Assembly: GCA_900088475.1 (NCBI GenBank)
Contig: FLMG01002637.1
Span: forward strand, 1 to 64,000
Source: Hyphochytrium catenoides
Lineage: Eukaryota; Protista; Hyphochytriomycota
Length of the DNA: 64,000 bases
Reading direction: 5' to 3'
The notes below the pieces were generated by a model that was not told the DNA's origin, made no database searches, and saw only the letters and a list, made by a program, of their open reading frames with translations. Of this stretch, positions 1 through 12,053 are shown piece by piece (within the stretch, counting starts at the first letter, position 1; every line of letters starts with the position of its first letter). The position numbers and the translations under genes were made by a program.

Positions 1-57
1 GAGAGAGAGAGAGAGACAGAGAGAGAGAGACAGACAGAGAGAGACAGAGAGAGAGAG
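1..57. repeat. (GA)n/(GACA)n microsatellite
   Basis: Directly visible: gagagagaga...gacagacaga. A complementary CT-rich tract lies at ~208-260. Confidence 0.95.
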
Positions 58-874
58 CAGTCAGGCAGGAAGACGGCCATGATCCTGTAATAACGGCCTT
101 CCACTGGCCCTCTCTGTACTCTATGACTGCTTGTCCCACCTAACCAGCCTGACAAAGCAGGCAGTGCCCTCAGCGGAGAGTGCATCCTTCACAAGCTGTC
201 TCCTCAACTCTTCTCTCTCTCTCTCTTTCACTCTCTCTGTCTCTCTCTCCCTCTCTCCATACCGCAACTGTCCCGTCACGTTCTTCCTCTTCGCTTCTCT
301 TCTGACCTAACTCTAACCTCACTGTAGCGTCACACTGGCTCGCCTGCATCTCTGGACCAGCAACTGTCTCTTATGTGCCTGACTGTCTCTTTTCCTCTCT
401 CTCTTTTTCTTTCTCCCCTCTGTCAGTACTCTTCCTTGTTCCTGCTCCACCTTGTCCTCTCTCCGGTCTTTCTTGTCTCCTCCCCAGCCCCGGCCAATGC
501 AGACAGTGCTCCACAACCTTGACACTTCTTCCACCTTATCAGGATCTTTAGGAAAGCTTGGACGATGACAAGCACAGTTATAATGTGACTTGAAAGAAGT
601 GAAGTTCGTTGTGAGGGCAAACGGGGAGATAAGAGAGAAAGCGACTCAGAAAGAGACAAAATGTGGCAGAGGAAACAGAGGGCTTGAGGACTGAGGCTGC
701 CCTTCCTGCCGCTGAATGCGCCTCACAACCTAATTTTCCTCCCTTTGAGAATTGTTCTTCTTTGCTTCATAACCACGAAGCAGAAGACGCAGGAAGCTTT
801 GGCAAGCACAACTCTTGCCCGCCCGTTTACTTTGTTTTACTATATAGCAATCTTCTCCCATTTTCTCTATCAAG

Positions 875-1693
875 ATGAGAATCTCTCACCTCCTTCTTGC
901 GCTCTGCGCAACCATTGCCACGGTCATGGCCGATCACCCTGAGGGAGGAGACCAGTCTCTCACGACTCTGGATGTACAGATGCCGGCCGACATGCCTCAG
1001 CTCCAGTCCTTCGAAGAAGCAGATGCTCCTGCCGATCCCAACGCTGTCGATTTCGTGGAGGAAGGGGAAGTAGTAGCAGAAGGCGCAGAAGAAGGGGCCA
1101 GTCTGACTGACGAAAGCTTTCAAAATGCTGTGGATCCATCTTTGCTAGACGTCTTGGACGACCAGGACATGGTGGTGGACGACAACATGATTGAACAGTT
1201 CACTCCTACTGACTGGCAAGCTCTTGATAATGAGCTAGCAACCGCAGACCAACCTGCAGAGGAAGGTGCAGAGGCTGCCACCACCGGTGCTGACGGTAGC
1301 TCTGGGCTACCGATGCTCGCACCTATGCCAGAGGACGGTGCACCTGCTCCAGCTGCAGACGGAGCCCCAGCTGCTGAAGGAATACAGCTAAAGAGTCTCT
1401 ATCACGATGCTGGAGACGAAGAGGGCCACGACGAAGGCAATGAGCAAACAGGTCCTGCACCTGGCAACAATTTCAGAGGTACAGGTGGTGATTCCTCGTC
1501 CTCGGGAAGTTCCAACTCTACTCTCTACATCGTTATCGGGTCAGTGGCAGGCGCTGCAGGTATCGCCTTGGTTGCCGGTTTCGTGGTTTACAAGCGTCGT
1601 CAAAGGCAGCACAAGGAGCAGTCTGTCCTGGGAGGTCTTGGCACTCCTGGTGCTAATGGTGTGTCTGTCACAGGGTTCCAGTATGTACGATAA
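875..1693 (+). CDS. Type I single-pass membrane protein with acidic low-complexity ectodomain, unknown function (272 aa)
   Basis: ATG start, signal peptide (MRISHLLLALCATIATVMA), D/E/A/P-rich ectodomain, Ser-rich stalk, TM helix (LYIVIGSVAGAAGIALVAGFVVY), basic stop-transfer KRRQRQHK and short tail. An AATAAA lies at ~1837. Confidence 0.85.
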   Translation: MRISHLLLALCATIATVMADHPEGGDQSLTTLDVQMPADMPQLQSFEEADAPADPNAVDFVEEGEVVAEGAEEGASLTDESFQNAVDPSLLDVLDDQDMVVDDNMIEQFTPTDWQALDNELATADQPAEEGAEAATTGADGSSGLPMLAPMPEDGAPAPAADGAPAAEGIQLKSLYHDAGDEEGHDEGNEQTGPAPGNNFRGTGGDSSSSGSSNSTLYIVIGSVAGAAGIALVAGFVVYKRRQRQHKEQSVLGGLGTPGANGVSVTGFQYVR

Positions 1694-2329
1694 ATGTATT
1701 GAGACAGCAGCGTAAGCGCTTCGACGTGACGCCCTGCCTATATAAGTGATGGGCATTGGCGCTCTCAATCGCTCTTTGCGCCTCTTTCCACCTGTCATCC
1801 AGTTAATAATCACTCAGCTTCCCATCAATAGCAAAGAATAAAACCTTTTCCACATTGCTTTCCATAGAGAGCCCGCATCTCTGTCCTCCTCATTTGACTC
1901 CTCGCGCTTTTTAGAAGTTTCATTGCTAGGCAGCAGGAAGCTATCGTCTGTGAGATTGGAGCTAGCGGTAACTCAGGAAGCTGCTGCACCTACTCCCTAC
2001 ATGATGGAGTTGCTTAACAAGCCAACAAGGGGTGGCTTTGCGTGTAGGAGGAGACGTCTGCTGGCAGGGGTGTCGAGACCATCGGAAGAGGTCACACCTC
2101 ACTGAATATAGCTGCTTCATCGTCATGAACTCTTGTCAAAACTAGTATGCAGACTTGAAAACATTATGAGTTGCTTACCAGCTGTGTATTGAAAGGTTAT
2201 AACTAGAAGAAGCTTATGTCCTCTCTGCCGCTCTCATGTCTCTGTAGATGCCCCGGAGTCAATAGCAGTAAGAAGTGCCCTGAGGCGGACAATCTGTAGA
2301 TGTTGGTAAGCTCCTCATCAGTGTTACTT

Positions 2330-5300
2330 TTAGACATTCTCCACTCCGAGAGGCTGGAGCCCGTTCCTGGTAGGGGCTGCAGCTGGAGGAAATAACACTT
2401 GATCACCTTCTGGAGCTGCTCCAACCTTATGACTATTTCCCTTTTCCGCCGCAGAGACAGCAGCGTTCTGGGATGCCCGGATTCCCGAAGAGGCGCTGGT
2501 AGAGTTCTTGCGGTGAGTGATGAGAGAGGCTCTGTGCCCTGCTCCCGCTGGACTTGAGCTTAAGTCCATGATGCTACCTCCTCTGCTAGGGGCTGATGCA
2601 CTGGGGCGTTGTACGCTCGCCGTTGATGCTTTTTTTGTTGACGTTCTTGATTGTGGGTTCTTGTACAGGTAGAAGAGCTTTGGAGTCATTACTAGTACCA
2701 CGCAGATCAACGCCACCAGGCTGCAGGACACAGCCAAAAGGAGAACCCTGATGGTGGGTGCGGTTCTGATGCCGAGAGTCAGTAGGAGGGTCAACCCACC
2801 CATCAGAGTGGCGTTGTAGAGTCCAATGGCCAGCTGCTTGGCCTCCGAATAGTCCTCGACAATGTGCCAAGATTTTACTGCGAGGTATATACCGACGCCC
2901 AGTACAAGCCCCTTATAGCTCAGCATCAGATACAGTCCACTATTATCCCCATAGTCGCACACTTGCCTTGGAACATTCCCCAGTACTTCTAGAAACTCGA
3001 AGGACGTCGTAGAAGTCATTTTGGATCCAAACTGCCAGCAAATAAGGATGACGACATCTACCAAGATGAACATCGACGTCTCCGATGCCACCCGAAGGTT
3101 AGATACGACGGTCCGCTTTAGAGCTTTGCCGCCAAACAGTGTGTACACGCGCTTGAGCTTCATAAGGAGCGGGGCAAACAGAGTAGAGAAGCTGAGGCTG
3201 ATGACCCAGGGTCTGCGCACACAATGGACACTATCATTGGGCCCCAGCAATGCAATGGAAGAAATAGTCAGGATAACGGCTCCAATGATGAAGAGGATAG
3301 TAAAGTTGACCTGTGACGCGACCAGGGCCTTGGAGTACCGATAGTAGAAGGTGAAGCCTAGGAATGGCAACAAGACCACGAGACACATGACCACCAGAGC
3401 GATGACTCCATAGCCCACAGAAGATCGTAGAGGCACAAATTCACAGCCAACTTCAATGTCCTCAATGAGATCTTGACCGCCCAGGCAGCTTCTGTTATCT
3501 TTCCCGCCTTTCCAAGCAAACCGCGCCACCATGGACTGTTCACGACACTCTGACAGCTGATAGACCATGTCCTCTCGCCCGCACGGAGGCTGTGGGGATA
3601 GAATGGAAGTTTGACCAATTGAAATGCTATTAGCGATGGGTCTTAGCGTAGCTTGCGCCAAGTCATGAGATAGCCCTGCCAGACTGTCGCTAAGGACATT
3701 CTCCATCAGCCATTCCAAAAACTTGGCTATATATGTTGCGCTTCCCTCTGCATCAGCACTCCAAACGCGCTTAACCACTAGGTTGTACTCGATAGTCAGC
3801 GGATAACATCCTGTAGCGGTAAGATCGTCAAAGATAACGGCGTACGGTGATATCTGGCGTACTGCCTTGCCTCCCGCGGATTCAATGCAACGACTCATGG
3901 ACGAAAGGAAGGGAACGAGTTCCGTCCCATTGGTGTTAGCAAGAGCAATGATCGACAATTTTTCGATCGTTTCTTCTTCAGGTCTGGTCCACACTGCTCC
4001 AAAGGTGCCTAGGATACTCTTGACGGCTCCACGTAATGCCCGCTCCGAGGTCATTTCTATCACGTTCGTTCGGAAGGTGCGCAGGAGGTTGAGATTACTA
4101 GTTTTGGAGAAGATAGCACTGAACTCCACGCTGATTCTTGAAAGGTAGCTGCATATGCACTTTGATATCTCACTCGCGCCGACATCCACCACTATCGTAA
4201 TGTTGACGCTGGGTAGAGGACATCCTGGGTTTAGCTCTCTGAGTTTAGCGTCATCCCATCTGACGATGTTTCCTAAGTAAATATCTACCAATAGTTCTGG
4301 TGTAACAGTCAGTTTCTGCACATCTCCGCCTAAGTTGGCGATAAGGGCAATAGTTCCTACAAAAAGCGGGGTGCTTGTGATTTTTTGATCCTTGACGAGG
4401 TCCATGATGATGTCTTTGGTGGCACCAAAGGCAAATCCCTTAGTGGACACAAGCCCCATTTCTAAGTCACCAAATGAATCAGAGACAAGGAACTCCCACA
4501 TTCGTTGACTCTTTTCATCCCAGCCGTGATACGAGACCAGGTTGAAGGGTGTCAGAACACTGAAGCTGTCGGCTACGACCTGCATTGAACTCTGCACGAA
4601 ACTTGGATAGCCGATGTGAAGGTCACTATCTGCGTGAGCGTCTCTTCTTGCTGACGACAAGGAGCACCGTCGCCCTGACCCCATACAAGTACATAGGGCC
4701 GAAGGAATCCCGACACAGTTTGGGACACACATGACAGTTTCTGAGATAGAGAAGACCAGTTTGTGACGGGAGAAGTCGTTGAGCATGGCGTACCCAGAAG
4801 CTCTGGCCATCTCCACTACCTCCCGACTTTCAAATGTCCACCGTAAGAAGTCCACCAAAGCTTTGCGATGCTTGCAATCATCACGATGGGTTCTTCCTCG
4901 TACTGCTAGATAGGAAATGGAGTTGATGGGCCAACCTGCCGGAGCAATTGTGTCTACGGCAGTGACATTGTATCTGCTGTCAAATATGCCTTCAATGGCC
5001 ATCAAGGCGTTCATAATGGTCTCGACAGAAGCGCTGACTGTGGCATTCTCCTTGTTGATGAGCTTTGCGCTTGTCAAACCCCGCTCCATGGCCTCCGTGT
5101 GATACATAAACGTCAGTGAATAGGGTAGCATCGAAAGCTGCAAGAGTCCAACATAGGAGAGGTTTAGTTATCTGGTGGTGAGGCTAGTAAGGGGCGAAAG
5201 TATACGTACTGCAGCGGTTCTTCCATCTAGGCCTTCTGGGGAATAAAAGACGCGGGTATCGTTGCTTTCATGGCAGGTAATGCTTCTGTAAGGGATGCCA

Positions 5301-5971
5301 GGGGACTTGGGTGCTTTTGTGACTGTCCCTTGACACCATTTTGGGAATGCCGATCGTCCTATGCTCTCCTTAAAGCCAGTACTGAATTCACTCAAGGCGG
5401 CAGTGAAGACATCGGTGACACCGAGTGCAATTCCTGGAAGGATCAGCTTTATTGGCTCTGGAGGCAAGGTTATCATAGGATTCAAAGCGACAATGGCTGG
5501 GTCATCCCATTGCAAAATGAGACCTTGGAAGATGTCAGCCAGGACTTTTCTTGAAAATATTATTGTCTCTCCCTCTCCCAGCTCCGCAATGTTGATGATG
5601 GGAACCACAGCTGTGACCGCCAAAGGGATTAGGAACAGATCTCGATAAACCTTGAAATCTTCCAGTGGTACCATGTAGTCTAGCACAGCAAAATGGATAG
5701 TGCCGTCTACCAGCAGCTGCTTCCGTGCCAACATATCGCCATTGCTAATGAAGGCAAGCTCGACCTCTGGGAGGTCCGACGACTTCGTAGCAACGCTGCT
5801 GTACATTCGTGAGAGCCGGGGCATCAAGGAGCCTGTGAGGGTTCCGCCGGAGGCCTTCAGCTTGGACCTCTTGGTACCTGCAGCGGCAGAGAAAAATGGT
5901 CGAGAATGATTCTCGACGCCCAGAGATATGAAGGATAAGGTCAGGCACGCTATAAAGGCGGCGGGCCCCAT
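2330..5971 (-). CDS. PstS-like PBP x2 + Cys-rich module + class C (7tm_3, GABA-B-like) GPCR, copy 1; exons 5971-5210 and 5137-2330 (~1189 aa)
   Basis: A phase-0 intron 5209-5138 (GTACGT...TTGCAG) joins the 267-aa and 937-aa ORFs. PstS-like motifs: ASGGTL, HFAVLD, PLAVTAVVPIINI, VLADIFQG..WDDPAIVALNP, GWPI.S.SYL. Second PBP: PLFVGTIALIANL, DIYLGNIVRWDD, CYPL. Seven hydrophobic helices with class C motifs ASQVNF, LLMKLKRVYTLF, YSEAKQLAIGLYN, PKLF. Confidence 0.9.
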
Positions 5972-7927
5972 ACCTAACGACTCACACCACGTAGCAGCTC
6001 TACTGGTTTGATGATCAGAGTTATAACTCTAAAGAAGGTAATGTATTTGTGGCGGCTGAGCTCAAGCGTAGGTGGCTCTCTGAGTGCCGCTCCGCTTAAA
6101 TACGATTGAACATAGGTCTTAGTGGGGACCATAATCTGGAGGGCGTCCTATAATTCTTACTTCTTGTATGCCTTCTATGCTAAGAACGGAGAAGAAAGCA
6201 ACAGAGATCATGATATACCCAGTCTCAGTGGCAGGGGCCTATTTGAACTTTCAAGATCTGTGTCCTCTATCCTGATGGAGGGCCCGTGAGCAACGCAAAT
6301 TTACTTTACAGGCTTAGTGACCGAGAAAGAGATGTGGAAACTAAAAGGTCATACCTTATCTTGACCAAAAGATAGGTTACGAGGTAACAGACACTGATCC
6401 GGCTATTATCATCACGACGGGATGAGGATAGGATGGGGTTATAACGTCTACTTCTACTATGGGAGAAAGCATTGACAGGACATGATGGCGGTAAGCCTTC
6501 CAATTGGCACCAGTGATTATCTGAAAGTCATTGCTTCTTCTCCTCACATATTGAATCTGACCCATCCCATCCTATCCATGCTAGCATACCGGATGATACT
6601 ACCGTGGCTTGAATGATGGATGGGAGGGAGAAAGACGCGACCTGACGCTGCCATCCACTATTACACATCAAACAACGTCAGAACAATGTGTTCTTTCCGC
6701 AATCTTAATATTCTCCTGCGGGAAAGAGCCTAGCGGCGATAACAAGCTGCTTAAGATGAGATGTTCATCTTCTTCAATTGGAAGCAACCCGACTCGACTG
6801 ACAAGTCAAGACCTCTGCTGGTCAGTTGCGAAACGCACCGGTCTTGTCCTGTCATCCTGAAGTTTGTCGACATTTATTATCATTCTCTTTGCGGAAGAAA
6901 GAGAATATGGGGACGGGCAAAAGTACTTTGTTGAGTGCCCACATAGTCTTTCGACCAAGATAATAACTCCAGCATGAGGTTAAATGGCCTTGAAAGGTGT
7001 CATTATAACGGAGGAACGATGCATGCCTTGAAGGAAGGAAGGAGAGAGGCACACTATGGGGGAGATCGTTCAATCAGAAGATGGCACCATTCTCTAAGCT
7101 ACCTTTGTCAAGCAAGCGAGGTTGATCAGCGTTGATGATGGCACTCTAAGGCGACCCACCAGGTGACGTACCTTATGATTCAGAAGTGAGCGACAGGGAG
7201 AGGAGGAGAAAGTGTCCGAATTTGACAGGGCGATCACTAACAGGTTCGTAGTAACGGCCGATTGATCGTTTCAGAAGTAACAACGGATGGTTGAACGCTG
7301 AACACTACCGCGCGCCTCCGTATACCAATCCATGTAGAGTGGTGGTTGGAGCAAGAAGCCCATGGAACGAAGAGCTAACTAACCTGATAATAATAACCCA
7401 TAATCTTCCTTATCTATGATATCGAAGAGCCTGTCTTTGATGACTACCTTCTTCTGATGACGTTGATAAGGCGACGACACCACTGGTGCTAGGTGGAGGT
7501 ATTATCAGCTTCTGGTGGGATGAGAGAGTAAGCGGAGAATAGAGACGAGGACAGGAAACTGACTCTTATATTGTGCCCTTATTGAAGGACGACGGACTGC
7601 TGGCTACAGGTGATAGGAGAAAAGATGATCAGAAATGTTGACGAGCAGCCAAGTGTCAAGAGTGGACACCTATCCCGACAAAGACAGGGAGCACCCTATC
7701 AGTTAACCCCTCAAATAAATCTATTACGAGCACGGCATGAGGTCAAGCTTGTGCAGGTTTCGATAGTCGTAGTGGCAACTAAAGACGCAAGGCATCGTTC
7801 CAGGCCCAATTTTGATGAAGGAATTGGTTAAGGCTTACAGTACTGATTCAAAGAGAAGCCTGCCTAAACAGGGACTAGAAGGAACTGCCAACGGCTCAGC
7901 CAGCAGGCAGAACGATAAGGGGTGAGA

Positions 7928-7976
7928 GACTTTTCAGCACTCCTTTGACTTTCCAGCACTCCTTTGACTTTCCAGC
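7928..7976. repeat. 19-bp tandem duplication (~2.5 copies)
   Basis: gacttttcagcactccttt / gactttccagcactccttt / gactttccagc. Confidence 0.9.
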
Positions 7977-8356
7977 TAGAAGTGCCATCCTAGCGGGATG
8001 ATCTTCAACGAGCTGACGCTCCCTAAACCACATCGCAATCGGTGAATGAGGTCTATTAACAGGTTTCTGAATCAACGAAGTATGAAGACTAGGGAACGCT
8101 AATGGTGCCGCTTTAGCAAATGGTCCCTAATGGCCACCTACACTTTCACGATGACCACCTGAACCTTGACCATAGCGCCACTCCTCAACAGAAGGCCCGC
8201 AGGATTGTTGAGAAACGCAAGTGATACCGCCCAAGATTAGACGGAACATAGCAGTACATTTTATTAGTGCGCCCCCCTGTGCAGTGTGTTGACAGACAGA
8301 ATTCTCTGGTGAAGAGCCCTCCTAATCTGCTGTTGGCCTCCTCATTCGACTCTAGA

Positions 8357-11300
8357 TTAGGCATTCTCTTTTCCCGCTAGCGAAGAATCAGGGCCAGGTA
8401 TGTCAATAGAGTGATTTAGGGGAGCGCCAGTTACATCCTTCTTTGACGACGAGCTTTCCGCATTCTTTGAAGAGATAGTCTGTCCCTGTTGGGCTGGGTG
8501 CTCCTTCAGAGCTACAGCACCTATAGTAGCAGAGCTCTTCCGATTATGGAGTGATGATGATGATGGATTAACTGCAGAAGTGGAAGATACCTCCAGCATG
8601 CTCCCCCTAGCTCGGTTCGATCCTGTTGTTGGCCGCGGCTGGTCACCAGTAGCAGTCTTCTTTGTCGACGTTCTGGAATGTGGATTCTTATAGAGGTAGA
8701 ACAGTTTTGGAGTCATCACAAGGACCACACAGATGAAGGCAACGAGGCAACAGGATGCTGCCAAGAGAACAACCTTTGTGGTAGGGCCAGTAGTGATGCC
8801 CAGAGCTAGAAGGAGGGTTAAACCACCCATCAGAGTGACGCTATAAAGCCCAATCGCCAATTGTTTGGCTTCCGAATAGTCTTCAACGATGTGCCAAGAT
8901 TTCACGGCAAGATATACTCCTACCGCCAGGACTAGACCTTTATAAGCCAGCATCACATACAACCCTGCGTTATCACCATAGTCACAGACTTGTCTTGAGA
9001 CCTGACCCAGAACTTCGATGAACTCAAAGTCTATTGTCGAGGTCAATCTGGAGCCGAACTGCCAGCTTAGCAAAATAGTGATGTCCGCCAGAATGAAAAT
9101 AAAGGTCTCTACGGCTACTCGACCGTTGGAAACTACGACGCGCTTGATCGTTTTCTGCCCGAAGAGAGTGTATACCCGCTTAAGCTTCATGAGGAGAGGA
9201 GCAAAAAGCAATGAGAAACTGATGCTCAAGACCCAAGGACGCCGCACACAGTTAAACTCATTGTTTGGTCCCAGTAAGGAAGTCGAGGAAGTCGTTAAGA
9301 AGATAGCTCCCACGATGAAAAGGAGGGTGAAGTTGACCTGGGAAGCGATGAGAGCCTTTGAATGCCGGTAGGTTGAATGTGAAGCCAAGGAAAGGCACAA
9401 GAATCAGAAGGCAGAGGGCGACCAAAGAGAACACAACGGAAGCCACAGATGAGTCTACGGGCACGTATTCGCAGCCGATCTCAATATCTTTGTATAGGTC
9501 CTGACCACCCAGGCAGGTCTTGTTGTCTTCGGCGCCCAACCATGAAAATCGTGCCACCATCGCTTGTTCTCGACATCCTGACAAGGTGTACGCTATATGC
9601 TCGCGGTTGCAGGGCGGCTGTGGAGTTAGGACGGAAGACATTCCGAGAGAGATGCTGTTCGCAATGGGCCTCAACATCGGGTACACCGTCTCATGTGGAA
9701 GGACCGAGAGACTCTTTCGAAAGTCACTTTTGAGGACCCAGTCTACAAATTCGGCAACTTTTTGCGCCTTTGAAGCGGAGTCGGAGCCCCAAACACGCTT
9801 GACCACAAGGTTGTACTCCTTAGACAACGGGTAGCACCCCAAAGAAGAGAGATCCTGGAACATGACCACATAAGGGGATAAGGGCCATACAGCGTTGAGT
9901 CCGAGCTTATCAAGACATCCTTCCATAGACGATAGAAATGGGAGCATTTCAGTGCCGTTAGACATGAAAGTAAGTACTGGAGTTACGAAGGTTGAGGCCT
10001 CTTCGGGTCTTGTCCACACAGCACCGAACGCCCCTGTCACACTCTCAACGGCACCACGCAGACCCCGCTCCGAAGTCATCTCAAGCACGTTGGGTCTGAA
10101 GGTTCGTAGTAGATTGAGGTTATTTGTAACTGAGAAAATGTCCCTGAACTCATTGCTCACTGTCGAAAGGTAGCTGCAAATTATTCGGGATATCTCAGTA
10201 GCTCCCACGTCAACCACCAGGGTAATATTGCTGTTAGGCAAAGCTAACGAAGGGTTCATCAGCTCCTTGAGGCTCGGATCATCCCATGATACGATTCTTC
10301 CTAGGTAAATGTCAGCCAGAACCTGTGGTGTCACGCTGAGTGTTGATACCGCGTAGCCTAGTAGGTTGAATATCAGCGCGACTGTGCCAACGAAGAGCGG
10401 GGTGATGGTAAGTTTTTTATCGACAGTCAGCTGTGTTATGAGTTCCCTGATTGACGCGGTGGAGAGGTAAGTTCTCGTGGACAGAAGCCCCATAGAGAGA
10501 TCTCCATACATATCTGACGAGATAAGCTCCCACATGCGCTCATCCTTTTCGCGCCACCCGGGGTAAGGGGTGAGATGGGAAGACGTAAGCGCTCTAAAGC
10601 TGTCTAGGATAACCTCCATCGAGCTTTGAATGTAATCAGAATAGCCTAAGTGGAGGAGGTTTTCTTCTTGATCCGCCGTCGCTGCTAGAGAGCACCGTCG
10701 TCCTGAGCCCAAGCAGGTGCATTGCGCCACAGGAACTCCAAAACAATTAGGCACACAAGAGACCCGTTGTGGCAGAGATGACACGATGCTCTGACGAGAA
10801 AACTCGTTCAGAACCGCAGAGCCGGATTCTCTAGCTAACTCCACGAAGTCTTGACTTGCGAAAGTCCATCGAAAGAATTCGACCAGTGCACTGCGTTTCT
10901 TACAGTCCCCAATATGCGTCCTCCCTCGTATGGCCAAATAAGAAACAGAATTGATTGGCCAGCCTAATGGAGCGGCCGTGTCCACCACGGTAGCATTGTA
11001 CCTTGCATCGAAGATGCGCCTTCCACAACCATCAAGGCGTTGGTGATAGTGTTCACGGAAGGGCTGACGACGTTGTCGACTTTGTTGATGAGCTGGACAC
11101 TTGAGAACCCACGCTCCATAGCTTCCGTGTGATACATAAACGCCATCGAGTACGGTAACAGGGTGAGCTAGTTGTACATGTAGAGCAAGGGGGCAGGGAA
11201 CTGTTAGAGACAACAATAAGAAAACAAGCTAAAGTTTAGGGTGAAGATTACCGCTGCAGTTCTGCTGTCGAGGCCTTCAGGGATATAATAGGTGCGCGTC

Positions 11301-12053
11301 TTATTTTCCTCTGTACAGGTCACCACTGCGTAAGGTAGTCCAGGTTCCCGCGGCTCCTCTGCGGCTACTCCTTGACACCATTTGGGTTGAGTGGAGCGTC
11401 CAATTGTAGCCCTGAAACCTGCACTAAACTCGCTTAGGGCCGTTGTGAAGACTTCAGTAACACCTAACGCGAGCCGAGGCAAGATGAGTCTAATGGGTAA
11501 TGGGCTCTTGCGGCGGAAAAGCTATTGTCGGATTGAGGGCGATGATGGCTGGGTCGTCCCACTGGACAATAATGCCTTGAAAAATGTCCGCCAGGACCTT
11601 CCTTGAGAGTGAGATCATATCTCCCTCTTCCAGTTCTGCAATGCTCACAACGGGCACGACCGCTGTCACAGCTAAGGGAAACACCATGAGGTCGCGGTAG
11701 AGCTTGAAGTCTTCAGGTGGGAGCATGTGATCCAGGACTGCAAAGTCAGTGGATCCTTGAATAAGTAGCTCTTGTCTCCTCCCTGCAATTGATCCACTAC
11801 CCTCATACTCGATGTCAACTTGCGGCAGATAGGACGAATTCGTTGCGACGCTACTGTACATACGGGCTAGCCGAGGGAAGAGTGGAGCGGTCAGGGTCCC
11901 TCCAGAACCTCTTAGTTTCCATCCACTGATAGCAGAGGGACCAATAGCTACATCAGAAAGGGCAACACTATTCTTCGCCGCAAGGTAGGTAAGTGCAACA
12001 ACCAGCCAGAGGCTGGCTGTCGCAATCCTATTGTCACACAATGTACCCCTCAT
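8357..12053 (-). pseudogene. PstS-like PBP x2 + class C GPCR, copy 2, frameshifted (pseudogene or consensus errors)
   Basis: Colinear with copies 1 and 3 across ORFs 12053-11490, 11482-11204, 11146-10964, 11216-9258 and 9400-8357. Same intron position (11251-11168, GTAATC...TAG). Frameshifts: 7-bp duplication taatggg x2 at 11491-11504, extra GC at ~11016-11019, extra base at ~9371. Confidence 0.85.

Noticed and set aside
5168-5971. Stand-alone bacterial pstS gene or contamination
   Set aside because: Canonical intron joins it to the 7TM exon in all three copies; no pstCAB nearby.
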